Shown here: positions 57,696 to 64,000 of the stretch, in pieces
How positions within the stretch are numbered: the stretch's first letter is position 1
Layout: every line of letters starts with the position of its first letter
Source of the DNA: Camelus ferus
Lineage: Eukaryota
DNA: 64,000 nt
Direction: 5' to 3'
NCBI RefSeq assembly: GCF_009834535.1
Contig: NC_045697.1
Location: 61,196,001-61,260,000 of the forward strand
Position numbers and translations under genes: made by a program
The notes under the pieces: model-generated
What the model saw: the letters and a program-made list of their open reading frames with translations, nothing else
Databases searched by the model: none
What the model was told of the DNA's origin: nothing

Positions 57696-60600
57696 TGATG
57701 CCTGTGAAATATGTAACTCTTAATGGAAGTGATCCTCATTTACTGATTGCCCCAAATACTGGAGGGCATCTGCGCATTGCTGAAGGGGATCTTACAGAGC
57801 AAGGATCACTTAGATTTTTTTTTTTTTTTTACATTGCCCTCTCATTCAAGAAACAGTTTTCTTTAAAGCATTCTAGATCTATGATAGGCATATTTCCTTA
57901 AATAAGTTACCCTTGATATTGAGGGGAAAAAAAAAAAAAGAAATTGGAAGGCATTCCAGCATCACAAGCAGCCACTTGTGAAGGCTGGTGGAATTGGAAC
58001 TTCAATGGAGAATTTAAAAAATTAAAAAAGAATAGAATTTAAAGCTTCATTGATTTAAACTGGGTACTTGATTTTTTTTTTTCCTTAGGTCTGAGATAGC
58101 CTGTGGCAATCTAAGGTTAACATTAAATAGAGTCATCAACTCTCTTTTCTTGATTCCCTTTTTCTGACCCTACAAATTCTATTGCATAAATCTCACTAAA
58201 GGAAATATGAAAAACCTCCAGGCTTTGAAAAATGTGATTCAAGTATGCAATAAAGCATGTAATAAAGACCAGCTGTAGACGCTGTGGTTTAAAACACTAC
58301 CAGTGATGCATAACTCAAACCTGAGGAATGGTATAAAAGGGAAAACAAGGACATTGTGTTTAAAATCTATTTCAAACTATTGATTAGTCCCTGCAGTAAG
58401 AGTTAAAATAACTCAGGATTTTATCATACTCTTTTCTGAATAAATGAAAATTCATTTTAGGATTTTGCTTTTGTTCCCAGGTTAGCTACCTTTCTTCCGA
58501 GGACATCTAAATAATGTGTAGGCATGGAAGAAAATAAGCATATATCCTTACACAGCCCTATGATTTAAGAAAACCAATTATTTAACAAAAATTGTATGTT
58601 GCTTCATTCTCCTTCCCCCAAAACTGCTAATTTGTAACAATAATAATACATAGGAAAAATATCAATTAATTCTTTTTTGCTGTTTGACTTATCAGGAACA
58701 AAATTCAAATGTAGGCTATTTTAAAATAGTCATGCAATTACACCTTAACCCTTTGAAATGGAGTGAAACTTGTGTTTTATGTTTATATATGAGCTACTGC
58801 AATATAATCCATTATTCCCTATGTTACTCTAGACCACAAATAATCTTAACCATTCAAAAGATAAGTGAAAGAGCCCATGATCCCTTAATCGCCTGGAATT
58901 TTCAGAGTACACTGGGAATAAGACTGGCATGAACTTTGTCTTCTTATTGTACTTTCCAACTAGAAAAATACTCAAAGGAGAATCTCACTCATAAAACTTT
59001 ACCATAAATATTGGTCTTGGGAAAAAGTAGTTGAACTTTTAGCAGCCTAATTGGCTGGGAGACAGTTCATTGAGGCTTTCTGCGGCTTACAAGTCACAAT
59101 CACATCAAACTATTCTGTGACATAAACAAAAAAATGCCGTCATACTCATATAAAATGCATGAAGATTAATAATATGCTCAAAACACTTTTTTAAAAGACA
59201 GAATGATCTATATCAAAAAATATACTTAATTTGTTAAATAGGAAACCAGTAAGTGATAAAGCAGGTGGAAACAGCATTTTGAGAGACTAGGTATTTTGGG
59301 GAACTAGAAAACTAAGTCAGACACAAAACTGATGAATGCTAGCAGAAAATTAAAAATATAACATTTGGGATTGTCTTCTATTAGACAAAAATTTTTTGAA
59401 ACTCTATTGGACAAAATCTGTTTTTAATCAATAGTAAACAGTTAAGTAAATAAACACAACCACATTCTTGGCTTAGAGCAGAGGTTACATGCTCACAGTA
59501 ATCAATCAGAATTTTCCTTTCAGATCAATATTTGAAAGCATCCTCCTTGACAGCATAAGAGAAGATGGATTTCCCAAGTGAGTTTTCAGCTCCATCCAAG
59601 AAACTCATTTCCAGCTTTATAAAGGAAAAGGACAGAATATCCCTGTTGAAAAAAAATTTGAATGAAACTCAAATGTTGCCATTATTGTGCCCCTAATTTC
59701 AGTGATTTTTCCCTACATACTGACAATTTTAAAAAGCAGAAGGGCAGAAAAACAATGTGTACTAGGAATTTGTCACAAAAGACCCTTTAAAACTCTTTTA
59801 TAAAAAATTTTTCAACAATATTTAAGGGAACCATAGGTTCAACCTGAATGACCCAGAAGTCCTGTAGAAAACTGTTACATTATTTGTGAGCTTATTAATT
59901 TTGTTGAGTACTCAAATATGACACAGCAAGTGACTTCCAAATGAGAGAACATCTTATTGGATGTCTTTTCTTCAAAATATACATTTGGAGTGAGGAAATG
60001 TTTAAAACATCTGCTATTGAAAATAACCAGAGAGATTTCAATACAAAATGGAAAATGATGTGTATCATTTAAATATCAAATTATATTATAAAGACAAATG
60101 GAAATTTTAGTAAATGAAAAAATAATGAGCAATAATGAATGCATGGGGATTTCAGTACAGTTAAGAAAAGAGGTGAGGTTTCACTCATGTTCTTTGGGTA
60201 GGTGATATATTGCTAAACAACCATTGGTCTTTTGACAAAATACACTTTGGATTACAGGAAGACACATGGGTTCACTTTATCTTTCAGTTCCAAGGCCACT
60301 ACCCATGTACAGACTTATTTACTTTAACCTGATCACCAAATGACTTTCCTAATTATCTATTTACACTGTTTGTCAGTTTTTTAAAAGTGTGTGTCTTTGT
60401 GTTTGTGTGTGTGTGCATCTATTCCAAAACTTTTGGAAAACTGCAACGGTAAATCTGAAATTCTGCCAGTAAAATAAACAAAAAAATTATGTGAATGTAA
60501 TAAAAAGCTACTAATACTAAAACTATTAATAAAATCAAGAAATTCTATCAAAATATATTCCTATTTTTCAATGATAATCCAAATTCATGGTTAGGACACA

Positions 60601-61609
60601 CAATTTGACAGCTTCAGTGAGAGACTGGGTTTTATTTTCATTGTATTTATTTTAAAATGTATTTTCCTTAAAGAAGTTTTTTCTCATATTATCTACATAC
60701 ACACTTCCCCTCTTTGGAAACCTAGAGATAATAAGGAACACTTTATGTGTTTTAACTAATTTGGCCAGTGGATACACTAGACAAACATAAATTGCCACAT
60801 TCAAATGAAGAACTCTTGAGAGTAGAAACATATTCAAAGCTTGGGTATGATTTCTCTGCACAACTTTGAAGTTTTCCTCTGCAAGATTAAACTCTCCTTT
60901 GGTAAGATGGTAAATCATACCAGAGAACTTCATAAATAAATTCAAAGGTATTAAACCTAAGTATTTAGACTTTATCAGAGAAAGTTGAAAAGTGATACAT
61001 AATAGTATTCAAATATAAAATGTTATTACATAAATCAGATCATGTCTAGCTATTCTTTTCCATCGATAAGTGCAGTTTTTCTATAAGGCACTCAAAATGA
61101 ATGAAAAAGAAGAATGTTTACATGTACAAGTAGTAGGCAAAGAAAAAGCATAGCTCATTTATTTACTTACCTATTTATTGTGTGCCTAATAGAGAGAATT
61201 TCAACTTGTCAGAACATGAAAAACCACACAATGACATTTCTAAAAAAAGAATTTAAATTTCTTATTGAATACTAATCTAAGGGTTTACATATTTTGAGAA
61301 CTCCCCACAGTGATCCTGCCAGGCAGCCAGGAATGATAATCATTGGTTAGTATGTGCTTGGCACATCATTTTGTTGCAGGGATACAGGAAGTGTAAAATA
61401 TAATCTTGCCTTCAGGAAGCTCATTGTGTAGTGGGAGAGATAACTATAAGAAATGCAGCAGGGAAAGATACAGGTATAGGTAAAAATGCAGTGGTCACAC
61501 AGAGGTGAGAATGATTAATTCTGTCCAAGTCTGTCAGAAAAGAGTTCTTAGAAGGGAATCCATGAAAAAAATGAGTAAGACTTTTTTCTAGGCAATAATC
61601 AAATGGTAG

Positions 61610-61830
61610 CAAATACCATATGCCAGGCAATATCCCCAGGGCTTTTCACGTATTAATTCTACTGATCCTCAAAAGAGCCCGTGAAATAGACACCATTCTT
61701 TCCCTTATTTTACGGTGAAGAAACTGAGGCACAGAGAAGTGAGGCATGGGCCATACAACTTGAAAGTGGCTGTGAAAAGCCTGGAATTTGGTTTTCCAAC
61801 TGCAGTACTAGCTTTTGGCCCCTTTATTAC
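61610..61830 (-). mobile_element. MIR SINE
   Basis: tatgccaggca...attttacggtgaagaaactgaggcacagagaagtga (MIR core). Confidence 0.8.
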
Positions 61831-62169
61831 ACTATTCTTTCAAATGTGAGGAAGGGAAACACAAATAAAGGTAACAAAATGTACAAAAGAATGTTGAGAG
61901 TACTGCAGGCATGGACATACCATTTTTAAACATTTAAGGGCATAATGAAAAAGCACTATTTGCAATGACTCATGAGTATTAGAATTGGCTACCTGATTAA
62001 AGGTTAGAAAGGATGTGAATAATTCATCATTAGGCTCCTCCCCACTATCTTTAATTAGAATACTGGTAACAGAGGAGACTAACTGCACAAAAGTTTTTTG
62101 TTTGTACAGACCCTGGGATTTTAATAGGTCTGTCCCTAATGCCCTGCATCTTGCTGAACTGCTGCAGAA

Positions 62170-63460
62170 TTCTAAGTGTTCAAATATTCACCCATTTTGT
62201 TCATTCAATAACATCTGTCACTGTTGACTATACCTCCTTCTTCAAATACTTTTTTTTCAGTCTTTTATACACCTTACTTTTTCTTCCCACACCACTTGGA
62301 ATTTTCCTTTGTTAGACCTCTAAATGTTGAAATGTCTCGTTGATTTTGGCCCCTTCTCTCTACAAAGTTTCATCCAGTATCCTGACTGGAAATGCTTTCT
62401 GTATATGCCTGACTCCAAAACATGTATTCACCAACACATACCTTTCTCTGAGCTCTAAACTTCTGGATCTATTTGATTACTTGATATAAACACTTGTCCA
62501 AAAACAGAACTCTGGATTTTCTCTCATTCAACCTATTCTTCTTCAAGGATCACCCACCTCTTCGTACATACCACAACCCAGTTGTTCAGGTGAAAATTCA
62601 TGGCATAATCCTTATTTTTTTCCTCCTTCTCATATATCTTACTTTTAAACTCTCAGCAAAATGTATGGAATCACCTCTGAAATATGTTAAGAATCTGGTT
62701 ACTTATCTCTTTTTATCCATATGTTGATTGGACCACCATCACTAGATCACTTCAATTCCCTCACAATCAACTTATTTGCTGTCAGATTTGGTCTACAATC
62801 TGTTCTCCCTTTCTCTTTGCATCAGTCTCCAGAGTGACCATTTTAAAGCACAACCCTGATCATGTTACTCTCCTGATTAAAACATTTCAAAATCCATCAA
62901 ATAAAATATAACCTGTTTCTTTATTATGTTTTTATACTCTGTCTTCAACTCCATCCTGTTTTCCTTCTGTAGAGAACAGTATTACCACTCTATCCAGATC
63001 CCTCAGATTCCTTTTAACATTTCTGTGCCCTGAAAGCACTTCTTTAATAAATTGCTGATTAACTCTCAAGGTCTGTTTCTTCAGAGTGAAACCTAAATAT
63101 ACTCTGCTTCTGTGTTCTAGCCATATAAACTTTGTTTTTATTCTTCCAATAAATCAAGGTCATTGCCATTTCTAGAGACATTATACATAATCTTCCTTCC
63201 CCCCGGGACAAGCTTTCTCCAGATCTTTGTACAGCTGATGTCTTCTCATGATTCAGATCTTAGCTCAACAGGATTTTCTTATTGAAGCCTTCCTAAATAA
63301 GTCTTGTCTAGGTACATCTTTATAAATTACCTATTTTATTATCTTAGTAGCACTAGTAAGGTATGGTGCATGTCTATTTCATTCACTGTTACTCAGAAAT
63401 TATAGCATTTACGAGAACATTCTAAACAGTCAATGGAAGTGTTTTTGAATAAATATTGAA
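62170..63460 (+). mobile_element. Degraded L2 remnant
   Basis: Pyrimidine-rich; ccagagtgaccattttaaagcacaaccctgatcatgttactctcctgattaaaaca, ttcagatcttagctcaa, and a terminal gtttttgaataaat. Confidence 0.75.
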
Positions 63461-64000
63461 ATAAGGATTTCTCTAGTAGGTAAGTTTTTTTCTGCAAAAA
63501 CTCGTATTATGTTATTTAGAAAAACCCGTCTACACATGCAATATCATGTTTAAAATGTGAACCAAATATGGATCTGCAGTTAGGATATACATTTCTTGTT
63601 CTATATCCCCCAACTATTGGGTAATAATGTTAGACAGTCGACTATTAAATTACTTTAAGCCCAACATCATATGGACAACATTTTTAGACGGCTTATTCAG
63701 TTAATAGTACATTCACTTATGCATGTGTAAGAAGGGAGATTAACTTCAGGAATGGAATAAAAGAAACAGTAATAAACATTATTATATAACAACTTAAAGA
63801 GATGAGCATGCTTTCATCATGAAGAACTTGAAGCAAACATAGTACTTTCAAGTCAGGACTCTGTAGGAAGTTGGAAATATGGGTTTGATATTTGGTTAAG
63901 AAATTTTCGGCACATACAAGAATATATTTTAAAATATTTGCAGGTTGCACTCTGTGGGACGCGCACTCTGTGGGAAGCTCACTCTGAGAGAGAAAATTTT

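Overview
AT-rich, CpG-poor mammalian DNA, either intergenic or within a large intron. It is probably camelid, inferred from a Vic-1-like tRNA-derived SINE and the style of the young L1. I can support no intact host gene, RNA gene or CRISPR array; every long ORF is LINE-1 ORF2 or its antisense shadow. Main contents: (1) bases 1-9423 recur almost identically at 23762-33205, and the first copy ends at a 100-N gap, which most likely marks a false duplication from an unmerged contig overlap; (2) a young 5'-truncated, 5'-inverted L1 with near-complete but frameshifted ORF2, present in both copies; (3) a composite processed pseudogene in which an RPL9 retrocopy appears nested inside an RXRG ligand-binding-domain retrocopy; (4) a 90-bp internal L1 fragment with no poly(A) but a perfect 15-bp TSD; (5) many old TE remnants (L1M, L2, MIR, MLT1/MLT2, ERV1 LTRs, MER33, MER96B, Tigger2). 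I found no evidence for a new biological system; the notable signals are unusual retrotransposition products and assembly artefacts. TE family names come from remembered consensus motifs, and boundaries of old elements are approximate.
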